Shown: positions 56,274 to 64,000 of the stretch, in pieces
Numbering within the stretch: position 1 is the stretch's first letter
Layout: each line of letters begins with the position of its first letter
Source: an uncultured Actinomycetes bacterium
GTDB taxonomy: Bacteria; Actinomycetota; Thermoleophilia; Gaiellales; Gaiellaceae
Length of the DNA stretch: 64,000 nt
Assembly (NCBI GenBank): GCA_963789655.1
Contig: CAWBLH010000007.1
Span: 170,536-234,535, forward strand
Direction of reading: 5' to 3'
Notes under the pieces: generated by a model
Told to the model about the DNA's origin: nothing
Database searches by the model: none
What the model saw: the letters and a program-made list of their open reading frames with translations, nothing else
Translations under genes and position numbers: made by a program

Positions 56274-57530
56274 GTGCGGAAGCTCATCGCGTGTGGGGTA
56301 GCCCTCGTGGGCGCCCTCGCGCTTACGGTGCCCGGGGCGCTCGGTGGAGCGGAGCAGACACCCGGTGTAACCGCGAAGCAGATCGTCATCGGCGGGACGT
56401 TCCCGCTCACTGGCCCGGCGGCAGCGTATGCGCCGATCCCGCTCGGGATGAAGGCCTATTTCAGCTACATCAACGCTCGTCGCGGACCCGACGGGAAGCG
56501 CGGAGTCATGGGCCGGCAGATCGTCTGGAAGTACTACGACGACGGTTACAACCCCGCGAACACCGTTCAGCTGACCCGGAAGCTCGTCGAGGAGGACAAG
56601 GTCTTCGCGACGGTCGGCCAGCTCGGGACCGAGCACAACCTCGCGGTGCGCGGGTATCTGAACCAGGGCAAGGTGCCGCAGGCACTCGTCTCGACTGGCG
56701 CGTCGTACTGGGGCACGCAGTACGCGGAGTTCCCGTGGACGACCGGCTGGCAGCCCGACTACATCGCGGAGGGGCGCATCTACGGGTTGCACATCAAGGC
56801 GAACCACAGCGGCAAGAAGATCGCGGTGATCTACCAGAACGACGATTACGGCAAGGACTACCTCTACGGCCTCCGGGTCGGGCTCGGTAAGAACTACGCC
56901 GACCAGAACATCGTCGCCACGGAGGCGGTCGAGGCGACCGCCACCAGCTCGGCGTCGCAGATGGCCAAGATCAAGGCGACCGGAGCGCCGGTGCTGGTCA
57001 TCCTGCAGATCCCGACGCCGACGGTCCGGTCGATCGCGACCGGCAAGGCGCTCGGGTACAACCCGGACCAGATCTACATGAACTCGGTCTCCGCCTTTCG
57101 GACGCCGATGGATGCCGCCGTCGCGTCCGCCGGGGCCCCCTACGTCAACGGCCTCCTCTCGATCGCGTACCTGAAGGATGCGGACAGCCCGAGGTGGGAC
57201 GACGACGCAGCGATGAAGCAGTACCGCACGATCGTGGAGAAGTACCTGCCCGGACGGAACTCCAGGGACGGTCAGATCTACTACGGGGTCGCGAAAGCCG
57301 AGACGTTCGTGCAGGCCCTGTACAAGGCCGGCAAGAATCTGAATCGAGCGAGCCTCATGAACGCGCTGCTGAGCATGAACTCGACGAACAGGTTCCTGCT
57401 TCCAGGGGTGACGCAGAAGACGACGAGGACGGACCACTGGGTCATCAGCCAGATGCAGCTCCAGCGGTTCAACGCGACCGACAAGGTCTGGGTCCCGGTC
57501 GGCCGGCTACTTGACGGCCGTCCCCGCTAG
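56274..57530 (+). CDS. ABC transporter substrate-binding protein, branched-chain-amino-acid (LivJ/PBP1) type; orphan (no permease genes adjacent)
   Basis: AAGGAGGA lies 5 nt before GTG 56274. The signal is VRKLIACGVALVGALALTVPGALG. It also has GGTFPLTGPAAAY and YYDDGYNP. Confidence 0.82.
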   Translation: MRKLIACGVALVGALALTVPGALGGAEQTPGVTAKQIVIGGTFPLTGPAAAYAPIPLGMKAYFSYINARRGPDGKRGVMGRQIVWKYYDDGYNPANTVQLTRKLVEEDKVFATVGQLGTEHNLAVRGYLNQGKVPQALVSTGASYWGTQYAEFPWTTGWQPDYIAEGRIYGLHIKANHSGKKIAVIYQNDDYGKDYLYGLRVGLGKNYADQNIVATEAVEATATSSASQMAKIKATGAPVLVILQIPTPTVRSIATGKALGYNPDQIYMNSVSAFRTPMDAAVASAGAPYVNGLLSIAYLKDADSPRWDDDAAMKQYRTIVEKYLPGRNSRDGQIYYGVAKAETFVQALYKAGKNLNRASLMNALLSMNSTNRFLLPGVTQKTTRTDHWVISQMQLQRFNATDKVWVPVGRLLDGRPR

Positions 57531-57543
57531 GCATATCAGCCGC

Positions 57544-57575
57544 CAGTAGGGGCCGGGCTTGCCCGGCCCCTACTG
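57544..57575. terminator. 32-nt near-perfect palindrome between convergent genes (family B-like variant)
   Basis: CAGTAGGGGCCGGGC TT GCCCGGCCCCTACTG. The right arm contains the stop codon (57570-57572) of the reverse-strand gene. Confidence 0.7.
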
Positions 57576-58244
57576 CGTTCCGGCCTGGAACTCCTCCCAG
57601 TAGCCCTCCATCGTCGTCTGTCGCGACGACGTATGGAGCAGATCGTGCGCAGCGACGTTGACCGCGCGGACGATTGCGTCCGCGGGCCACTCGTGCCCGA
57701 CGTCGAGCACGTTCACGCAACCCGGAGCCTGCTCGAAGTGGCCGAGAAACATCCGCTCGCACGTGAGCGCGTGGGAGAGGATTGCGCGATTGACCCCGCC
57801 GTGCAGGACGGCTAGCACCGTGTCCCAGCTCTCGTCGGCAAACAGGCGATCGACAGCCGGGAGCACGCGATCGAAGAGCTCGCCGATCGTCTCTCCGCCG
57901 AGGAAGCGCTTGTCGAGCGGGACGATGCCGCGGAACGCGTGCACGAACTCCTCCTCGAGCTGGTCGGCCGGGATGCCCGAGAGCCGCTCGCCTCGTAGCT
58001 CACGCAGGTCATCCCACTCCTCGAGCTCGGAGTCGGGCGCGACGATGCGGGCGGTCTCGACGGTCCGGGCGAGGCCGCTCGTCACTACGCGGTCGAAGGT
58101 CACGCCCACGAGCAGGTCTCGCGTCGCCCGAGCCTGCCCGCGGCCTGCCTCGTTCAGAACGACGTCGTCCGGCTGAACCGGTTTCCCGTCCTGTCGGAAG
58201 TAGGACACGGCGCCGTGGCGCAGCAGGTAGAGCCGACGACGCAT
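57570..58244 (-). CDS. histidine phosphatase family protein
   Basis: MRRRLYLLRHGAVSY (RHG motif), VVTSGLARTVETA, and LAVLHGGVNR. The listed ORF extends artificially to 58598. Confidence 0.82.
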   Translation of the reverse strand: MRRRLYLLRHGAVSYFRQDGKPVQPDDVVLNEAGRGQARATRDLLVGVTFDRVVTSGLARTVETARIVAPDSELEEWDDLRELRGERLSGIPADQLEEEFVHAFRGIVPLDKRFLGGETIGELFDRVLPAVDRLFADESWDTVLAVLHGGVNRAILSHALTCERMFLGHFEQAPGCVNVLDVGHEWPADAIVRAVNVAAHDLLHTSSRQTTMEGYWEEFQAGTQ

Positions 58245-58263
58245 TGCGGCATAGGATCGCACG

Positions 58264-59346
58264 GTGTCGTCGGCCGACATCGTGGAAACGACGTCTGCTG
58301 CGCGAGGCCTGACGAAGCCGCCGTTGCTCGTGCTCGATCGCGTCCGTGCGTTTCTCGACGAACGCGGCCTCGGCCAGGGAGACATTCGCGCGCGGCGGAT
58401 CGGCGAAGGGGGTGGTTCGAACTTCACCTTCCTGCTCGAGCGCGGCTCCGACCGATTCGTGCTGCGACGACCTCCCCGTCCGCCGCTGCCCCCATCCGCC
58501 CACGACGTCGTACGCGAGGCAAGACTCCAGCTCGCCCTGCGCGAAGCCGGATTCTCGCGTCTGCCGACGATCCTCGCGGTTGCGGAGGACGAGACCATCC
58601 TCGGTGTTCCGTTCTACGTCATGGCCTACCTCGACGGTCACGTGGTGACCGACGAGCTCGTGCCCGGGCTCGAAGGCGAGCCAACGCGGCGGCGGCTTGC
58701 CGAGGATCTCGTCGAGTCTCTCGTCGAGATCCACCGTGCCGATGTGACTACCCCGGGCCTCGCTGCGTTCGTGCGGCCTGGGATCTACAACGAGCGCCAG
58801 GTTCGGCGCTTCACACAGCTATGGGGCATCAACAAGACACGTGAGATTCCGGACGTCGAGCGCGTGGGGGACTGGCTCGCGAGCAACCTCCCGCCGGCGC
58901 TGCCCGAGACGGTCGTGCACGGAGACTTTCGCCTTGGAAACGCGATGGTCGACCCGGACGAGCCGTCGCGGATCGTCGCCGTGCTCGACTGGGAGATGGG
59001 TGCGATCGGCGACCCGCGCGCCGACGTCGGGTACCTCCTCGCGATGTACAGCGAACCAGGTGGTCCTCCGAGCGCGCTCGGCACGTCCCCGGTGACAGCC
59101 CTCCCCGGCTTCCCGTCCAAGTCCGACCTCGTCGATCTCTACGTCGAGCGGAGCGGGCGTGGAGTGGAGTCGCTGTCCTGGTTCGAGGGGCTCGCGCTCT
59201 GGAAGGCAGCCGTCTTCTGCGAGGCGATCTACGGGAGGTACGTGCGAAGAGAGCTCGGCGCCGAGGACGAGAGCGCTGCGCGCTTCGAGGAGGTCGTTCC
59301 GTATCTCGCCGGGGCGGCCGCAGAGGCCGTCGCGAAGTCCATCTAG
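58264..59346 (+). CDS. phosphotransferase (APH/choline-kinase-like) family protein
   Basis: VLRRPP, the Brenner motif VVHGDFRLGNAMV, and VLDWEMGAIGDP. Confidence 0.85.
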   Translation: MSSADIVETTSAARGLTKPPLLVLDRVRAFLDERGLGQGDIRARRIGEGGGSNFTFLLERGSDRFVLRRPPRPPLPPSAHDVVREARLQLALREAGFSRLPTILAVAEDETILGVPFYVMAYLDGHVVTDELVPGLEGEPTRRRLAEDLVESLVEIHRADVTTPGLAAFVRPGIYNERQVRRFTQLWGINKTREIPDVERVGDWLASNLPPALPETVVHGDFRLGNAMVDPDEPSRIVAVLDWEMGAIGDPRADVGYLLAMYSEPGGPPSALGTSPVTALPGFPSKSDLVDLYVERSGRGVESLSWFEGLALWKAAVFCEAIYGRYVRRELGAEDESAARFEEVVPYLAGAAAEAVAKSI

Positions 59347-59376
59347 GCGGAGTCGGCGGAACGCCGAGTCCGCCTA
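59344..59376. terminator. 15-bp-stem hairpin shared by convergent genes, with both stop codons in the arms
   Basis: TAGGCGGAGTCGGCG GAA CGCCGAGTCCGCCTA has 14 of 15 positions paired. TAG 59344-59346 ends the forward gene and CTA 59374-59376 ends the reverse gene. Confidence 0.7.
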
Positions 59377-60378
59377 CAGCGCGATCTCCGCCAACGCCCT
59401 GAGCGCCTCGGGCTGCTGCGTGGAGACCAGAAGCGACGTCACGCCCGACTCCCGCCAGGCGTCCAGCCGCTCCGCGAGCCGCTCCTTCGGCCCGACGAGG
59501 GCTACCTCGTCGACGAACGCGTCGGGGATCGCCGCGGCTGCGTCGCGCTTGTTGCCACCGAGGTAGAGATCCTGCACCTTCCGCGCCGCGTCCTCGAACC
59601 CGTAACGCGCGCAGAGCTCGTTGTAGAAGTTCTTGCCGCGCGCGCCCATGCCGCCGATGTAGAGCGCGTAGTACGGCTTGAGGAACTCGCGCCCGGCTTC
59701 GACGTCGTCGATCAGGATCGTGGGCGCGGACGGGGCGACGTCGAAGTCCGGCCGAGCGCCATCCAGCATCGAGGAGAAGACTTTCGGAGACTGCTCCGGC
59801 GACCAGAAGATCGGCAGCCAGCCGTCGGCGATCTCGAAGGCCTGCGCGACCGCCTTGGGGCGCATCGCGGCCAGGTAGATCGGGATATCCGCGCGCAGCG
59901 GGCGCGCCATCAGCCTCAAGGGCTTGCCGAGGCCGGTGCCGTTGCGAACGGGGATGTCGTAGTGCTCGCCATGGTGCTCGAGGAGCTCGCGGCGAAGTGC
60001 GGCGCGCACGATTTCGACGTACTCGCGCGTCTTCCCGAGCGGCTTCCCCCACGGCTCTCCGTGCCAGCCCTCGACGACCTGCGGCCCCGAGGTGCCGAGT
60101 CCGAGCAGGAAACGGCCCTCCGAGAGCAGGTCGAGCGTGGCCGCGGTCATCGCCGTGTTCGCCGGCGTGCGGCCGGGGATCTGCATGATGGCGCTGCCGA
60201 GCTTGATCTTGCTGGTCGTTGCGCCCAGCCACGCGAGCACGCTGACACAGTCGGTTCCCCAGGCCTCTGCGGCCCAGGCGGAGTCGTACCCCAGCCGCTC
60301 CGCCTCCTGGGCGAGTGCGATCGGCTCGAGCGGACTCGTCCCGGGCGGCGCGTACCCCATGTACATCCCCAGGCGCAC
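59374..60378 (-). CDS. LLM-class F420-dependent oxidoreductase
   Basis: GYDSAWAAEAWGTD, LGSAIMQIPGRTPA, and GRFLLGLGTSGPQVVEGWHG. Confidence 0.85.
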   Translation of the reverse strand: MRLGMYMGYAPPGTSPLEPIALAQEAERLGYDSAWAAEAWGTDCVSVLAWLGATTSKIKLGSAIMQIPGRTPANTAMTAATLDLLSEGRFLLGLGTSGPQVVEGWHGEPWGKPLGKTREYVEIVRAALRRELLEHHGEHYDIPVRNGTGLGKPLRLMARPLRADIPIYLAAMRPKAVAQAFEIADGWLPIFWSPEQSPKVFSSMLDGARPDFDVAPSAPTILIDDVEAGREFLKPYYALYIGGMGARGKNFYNELCARYGFEDAARKVQDLYLGGNKRDAAAAIPDAFVDEVALVGPKERLAERLDAWRESGVTSLLVSTQQPEALRALAEIAL

Positions 60379-60425
60379 GGTCAGCGTTTGTGGTTCCGAA
60401 GGTCGATGAGTGCGATGCTACTGCG

Positions 60426-61637
60426 GTGACGATCACCGATCTCCGCCCGACCGAAGAGGTGCAGGAGCTGCGCGCCCGGGTGAAGGGTTTCATGGAGGCG
60501 CACGTGTATCCGAACGAGGCTGCGCTCGATCGGGAGGACGAGGACGCCGACGCGCTAGTCGAGCGACTCCGAGCAGTCGCGAAAGAACAAGGCCTGTGGG
60601 CCCCGCACCTGCCGCCGGAGGCCGGCGGCTCCAATGGGAGCTTCCTCACGTACGCGTTCCTGAACGAGGAGATCGGGCGCTCGCTCTGGGGCCAGCTGCT
60701 GCTCGGCTGCCAGGCGCCGGATGCGGGAAACGGGGAGATCCTCTGGCAGTTCGGAACGGAGGAGCAGAAGGAGCGCTGGCTCGGGCCGCTGGTCGCCGGC
60801 GAGGTGCGCTCGTTCTTCTCCATGACCGAGCCGGACGTGTCCGGTTCGGACCCGACAGGGCTCCGGACGCGGGCGGTGCGGGACGGTGACGAATGGGTCA
60901 TCGACGGCCACAAGTGGTTCTCGTCGGGCGCCGAGGGGGCGTCCTTCGGGATCGTGATGGCGGTTACGGATCCGGACGCCGAGCCGCATCGCCGCGCCAC
61001 GCAGATCGTCGTGCCGGCGGACACGCCCGGGGTGGACGTGATTCGGGCGGTGCCGACGATGGGGCATCGCGGGCGCGGCTGGACGACGCACTGCGAGGTT
61101 CGCTACACCGGCGTCCGGGTCCCGGTCGAGAACACGTTGGGCGAGGAGGGCGACGGCTTTCGGATCGCGCAGAAGCGGCTCGGGCCGGGACGCATCCACC
61201 ACGTCATGCGCTGGCTCGGTCAGATGGAGCGCGCGTTCGAGCTCATGTGCTCGTACGCGCTCGAGCGGGAGACGTTCGGCGGGCCCCTCGCGGAGAAGCA
61301 GACCGTGCAGAACTGGATCGCGGACTCTGCGGCCGAGATCCAGGCGTGCCGGTTGCTCACCCTCGATGCCGCGCACAAGATCGACCTGGGCGACGAAGCG
61401 CGCGTCGAGGTCTCGTTGATCAAGTTCTACGCGGCGAAGGCGCTGAACGACGTGATCGACCGTGCGGTGCAGGTGCACGGCGCGCGGGGGCTCACGGACG
61501 AGACGCCCCTCTCCGGGATGGCGAGGCAGGCGCGCGCAGCGCGGATCTACGACGGCCCGGACGAGGTGCACCGTATGGTCGTGGCGCGGCGCATCCTCAA
61601 GTCGTTTGCCGCGGGCGACGGCTGGCGGTTCGAGTGA
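60426..61637 (+). CDS. acyl-CoA dehydrogenase family protein
   Basis: Starts at GTG 60426. It has FSMTEPDVSGSDP, DGHKWFSSGA, a catalytic region near YDGPDEVH, and IHHVMRWLG. Confidence 0.88.
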   Translation: MTITDLRPTEEVQELRARVKGFMEAHVYPNEAALDREDEDADALVERLRAVAKEQGLWAPHLPPEAGGSNGSFLTYAFLNEEIGRSLWGQLLLGCQAPDAGNGEILWQFGTEEQKERWLGPLVAGEVRSFFSMTEPDVSGSDPTGLRTRAVRDGDEWVIDGHKWFSSGAEGASFGIVMAVTDPDAEPHRRATQIVVPADTPGVDVIRAVPTMGHRGRGWTTHCEVRYTGVRVPVENTLGEEGDGFRIAQKRLGPGRIHHVMRWLGQMERAFELMCSYALERETFGGPLAEKQTVQNWIADSAAEIQACRLLTLDAAHKIDLGDEARVEVSLIKFYAAKALNDVIDRAVQVHGARGLTDETPLSGMARQARAARIYDGPDEVHRMVVARRILKSFAAGDGWRFE

Positions 61638-61651
61638 CGACCGCCGCGGCG

Positions 61652-61675
61652 GGGGTCAGGCTTCAGCCTGACCCC
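61652..61675. repeat. REP-like palindrome, family A (copy A8)
   Basis: GGGGTCAGGC TTCA GCCTGACCCC. Confidence 0.85.
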
Positions 61676-61718
61676 GGTGTCAGGTGGTCGCTTGCGGCAA
61701 GCGAATCAACCCAAAGAC

Positions 61719-61742
61719 GGGGTCAGGCTAAAGCCTGACCCC
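61719..61742. repeat. REP-like palindrome, family A (copy A9)
   Basis: GGGGTCAGGC TAAA GCCTGACCCC. The stop codon of the reverse gene (61728-61730) spans the stem/loop junction. Confidence 0.85.
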
Positions 61743-62588
61743 ACGCTTCGGGGGAAGCGGCACGAAGGCGCTCGTCGTCCGCTGGTACTCCGCATAGTCG
61801 GACCTGCTCCGAAGCGCCTGCGCCTCCGTCGTGGGGATTCCCGTGACCCGAAAGAGGAAGTAGAGGAGAACGGCCGGGACCACCCACGCCACCCAGCCCC
61901 ATGGGGCGGCGGTGGCGACGAGCGCGACGCCGAGCCAGGTGACGAGCTCGAAGAAGTAGTTCGGGTGCCGAGACCAGGACCAGAGCCCCGAGCGAGCGGT
62001 CTTCCCCTTGTTTTTCGGGTCGCTACGCCAGCGCGCCAGCTGCCAGTCCGAGACGATCACGCCCGCGTTCCCGATCGACCAGATCGCCACGCCCGCCCAC
62101 TCAACGAGCCCGAGACCGTTCGCCGGGTCGAGCGACACGAGCGCGTACGGCAGCGAGAAGAAGACGACGAGCACGGCCTGGAACTGGAAGAACCAGAAGA
62201 AGTTCCGGTTCGCGTTCTCGCCCCACTTTTCCCGCAGCGCCTGGTAGCGGCCGTCCTCGTCCTTCCCGAGCACGCGGTTGAAGAGCAGATAGAGGCCGAG
62301 GCGGAAGCCCCAGATCGAGGCGAGCGCGGCCGCGAGGACGCGGTGCGCGACGTCGCCGTCCGCGAGGAGCGCGTACGCGATAGCCGCGCAGGCGATCAGG
62401 ATCGCCCAGGCGACGTCGACGTGGCTCGCGTCTCGAATTCGCACCGCGAGCATCCACAACAGCGCCATCGCTGCCGACGCCAGCACGGCTCCGACCGCGA
62501 GCAGCCCCCAGACGGAGCCGATCACGATCGCTTCGCGTATACGTGCGTCGTCCCGGCCGGAGGCCGGCTTGGCCGGCCGGGAGGCCAC
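61728..62588 (-). CDS. DUF1295 / steroid-5-alpha-reductase-like membrane protein
   Basis: GLWSWSRHPNYFFE motif and 6-7 TM helices. The last codons (...KRGVRL-stop) are encoded by REP copy A9. Confidence 0.8.
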   Translation of the reverse strand: MASRPAKPASGRDDARIREAIVIGSVWGLLAVGAVLASAAMALLWMLAVRIRDASHVDVAWAILIACAAIAYALLADGDVAHRVLAAALASIWGFRLGLYLLFNRVLGKDEDGRYQALREKWGENANRNFFWFFQFQAVLVVFFSLPYALVSLDPANGLGLVEWAGVAIWSIGNAGVIVSDWQLARWRSDPKNKGKTARSGLWSWSRHPNYFFELVTWLGVALVATAAPWGWVAWVVPAVLLYFLFRVTGIPTTEAQALRSRSDYAEYQRTTSAFVPLPPKRGVRL

Positions 62589-62627
62589 GCGCCGCGACCT
62601 GGGTGCGTTGCCCTGAAGGAGGGGGTT

Positions 62628-62654
62628 CGTGGGGGAACCATGGGTTCCCCCACG
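62628..62654 (-). terminator. 12-bp perfect hairpin immediately after the SDR stop codon
   Basis: CGTGGGGGAACC ATG GGTTCCCCCACG. The SDR stop lies at 62655-62657. Confidence 0.65.
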
Positions 62655-63305
62655 CTAGCGCGGTCCCGGAACGCCCTTGAACTCGTAGAGCAACGGCTCT
62701 CGGCCCGGTTGCACGATCCAGGCCTCGCCGGTTCCCTCGCTCTTGTACGCAGCCCAAACGCCCTCGGCGACCTTGGAGGGCTCGAGCAGCCGGTACCCGC
62801 GGCCACCGAGCTCCTCTTTGAAGTCGGGAGTCAAGAGCCCGGTGTTCGCCCAGCCGGGGCAGACCGCCTGAATCCTGATCCCGCGCTGCGCCAGCTCCGG
62901 GGCGACCGAACGGACGAAGCCGACGACCGCGTGCTTCGTGAGGCCGTAGATCGGGTCGTCCGGGATTGCGGTCAGACCCGCCAGCGATGCCGTGACGATG
63001 ATCGTGCTGCCCGTGGGCATGACGCGGTCGAGGCGGCGGACACCGAAGACGACGCCGTCGACGTTTACGGCCATTGCCCGCCGGTACTCGTCGTCCGTGA
63101 GGCTGCCCACGCCGTTCCCGCCGGTGAGCACGCCCGCGTTGAGACAGGCGAGGTCGACCGAGCCGATGTGCTCCCAGCATTCGGGATCGGCGACGTCGAA
63201 CCCGTTGACGAGGTCGAGCTCCCGCACCTCGAACCCCTCGCCCCGCAGCTTCTCCACGATGGCGCTCCCGATACCACCCGCGGAGCCTGTGACCAGTGCC
63301 GTCAC
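62655..63305 (-). CDS. SDR family oxidoreductase
   Basis: Starts at GTG 63305 (VTALVTGSAGGIGSAI) and has the YGLTKHA (YxxxK) motif. GTGA overlap with the upstream gene. The listed ORF runs on to 63869 as an artefact. Confidence 0.85.
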   Translation of the reverse strand: MTALVTGSAGGIGSAIVEKLRGEGFEVRELDLVNGFDVADPECWEHIGSVDLACLNAGVLTGGNGVGSLTDDEYRRAMAVNVDGVVFGVRRLDRVMPTGSTIIVTASLAGLTAIPDDPIYGLTKHAVVGFVRSVAPELAQRGIRIQAVCPGWANTGLLTPDFKEELGGRGYRLLEPSKVAEGVWAAYKSEGTGEAWIVQPGREPLLYEFKGVPGPR

Positions 63306-64000
63306 GGAACCAGAACCACCTTTCCGGTCGTCTTCCGTTCCTCGATCAGACGGTGTGCCTCGCCCGCCTGCTCGAGCGGGAACTCTGCACCGACGATCGG
63401 CCGGACAACGCCGCCGTCCCAGAGGCGAAGGACGTCGCGCGCGGCCTGTTCCACGAGGTCGGGATTCCGTCCGATGAGGCGGCCGAGGTAGAAGCCGTGG
63501 ACGCCGATGTTCCGGCCGACGAGCCACGTCGGGCTCACGTCCCGCCAGAGGCCGCCCGCGTAGCCGACGGCAACCGCCGTGCCGAGTGGCTTGACGAGGG
63601 AGAGCGAGGCCGAGAAAACCTCGCCGCCGACGAGGTCGAACACGGCGTCCACCGGCTCGAGCTCCCCGATCCCGTCGTAGGTGACTACCTCCACCGCGCC
63701 GAGCGAGCGCGGGAGCTCGAGCTTCTCCTCGCTGCCGACCGCTGCGACCGGCGCGCCGTTCAGGACCTTCACGAGCTGAACCGCCGCCGTGCCCACGGCG
63801 CCGGCTGCCGCCGTCACGAGAATGCGTGCCCCGAACGCGACCTTCAGGAGCTGTGTCAGCGGGATCCACGCAGTGAGGAACGCCATGGGGAAGGCCGCAC
63901 CCTCGGCGAAGCTTGCGCTCGCCGGGAGCGGGAGGAGCCAGCGCCGATCGACCGCGACGCGCTCGGCGTATCCGCCGCCCTCGCCGCGCACGAAGCCCAT
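63302..64000 (-). CDS. zinc-type alcohol dehydrogenase / NADPH:quinone oxidoreductase family protein; the N-terminus probably lies beyond the window end
   Basis: The cofactor-binding motif is VTAAAGAVGTAAVQL and the C-terminal motif is H.L.E.R...GKVVLVP. Typical family members are about 100 aa longer at the N-terminus. Confidence 0.8.
   Translation of the reverse strand: MGFVRGEGGGYAERVAVDRRWLLPLPASASFAEGAAFPMAFLTAWIPLTQLLKVAFGARILVTAAAGAVGTAAVQLVKVLNGAPVAAVGSEEKLELPRSLGAVEVVTYDGIGELEPVDAVFDLVGGEVFSASLSLVKPLGTAVAVGYAGGLWRDVSPTWLVGRNIGVHGFYLGRLIGRNPDLVEQAARDVLRLWDGGVVRPIVGAEFPLEQAGEAHRLIEERKTTGKVVLVP

Noticed and set aside
58829-61024. Very long reverse or forward ORFs with Arg/Pro/Ala-rich translations (58829-61024, 37112-38896, 44366-45982, 61677-63491, 25140-26219, 6953-7957, 51363-52775)
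   Set aside because: These are typical high-GC shadow ORFs antisense to, or out of frame with, well-supported genes. None has a recognisable domain.

Overview
High-GC (roughly 68-70 %) chromosomal segment with an actinobacterial-type gene repertoire: LLM/F420-type oxidoreductases, egtBD, NrtR-nadBCA, CsoR-CopZ-CopA and a mycoredoxin-like protein. I support about 65 protein genes and 2 tRNAs (Ser-UGA just downstream of serS, and Ala-CGC). I recognised no rRNA, CRISPR, transposase, integrase or defence genes.

Gene content is mostly housekeeping or metabolic:
- fabF, serS and rsgA
- de novo NAD synthesis
- copper efflux
- a polyamine uptake and catabolism cluster (saccharopine-DH-like, aldehyde DH, APC permease, potADBC, class-III aminotransferase)
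- ergothioneine egtB-egtD
- a MacB/FtsX-type ABC system with two tandem ~855-aa permeases
- CoA-transferase, acyl-CoA dehydrogenase and an APH-like kinase
- two large secreted repeat proteins (7 x FN3; collagen-like GXY x21 plus lamin-tail domain), each next to a paralogous small membrane protein

Two things are not explained by gene calls:
1. Three related families of GC-rich, perfectly palindromic REP-like hairpins (15 copies) sit at gene ends. They often occur in pairs and often contain the stop codon of the flanking gene.
2. About 25 single-base frameshifts are very unevenly distributed. They cluster at 15.6-16.25 kb and 29.5-34.8 kb, with none in 43.3-48.5 kb. They create misleading giant ORFs in the six-frame track.

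I did not find a clear-cut novel multi-gene system. The best candidates for follow-up are the REP families, the LSPELxLVDPxLG membrane-protein/secreted-repeat-protein pairs, and the MoaD-like/BNR-propeller pair.
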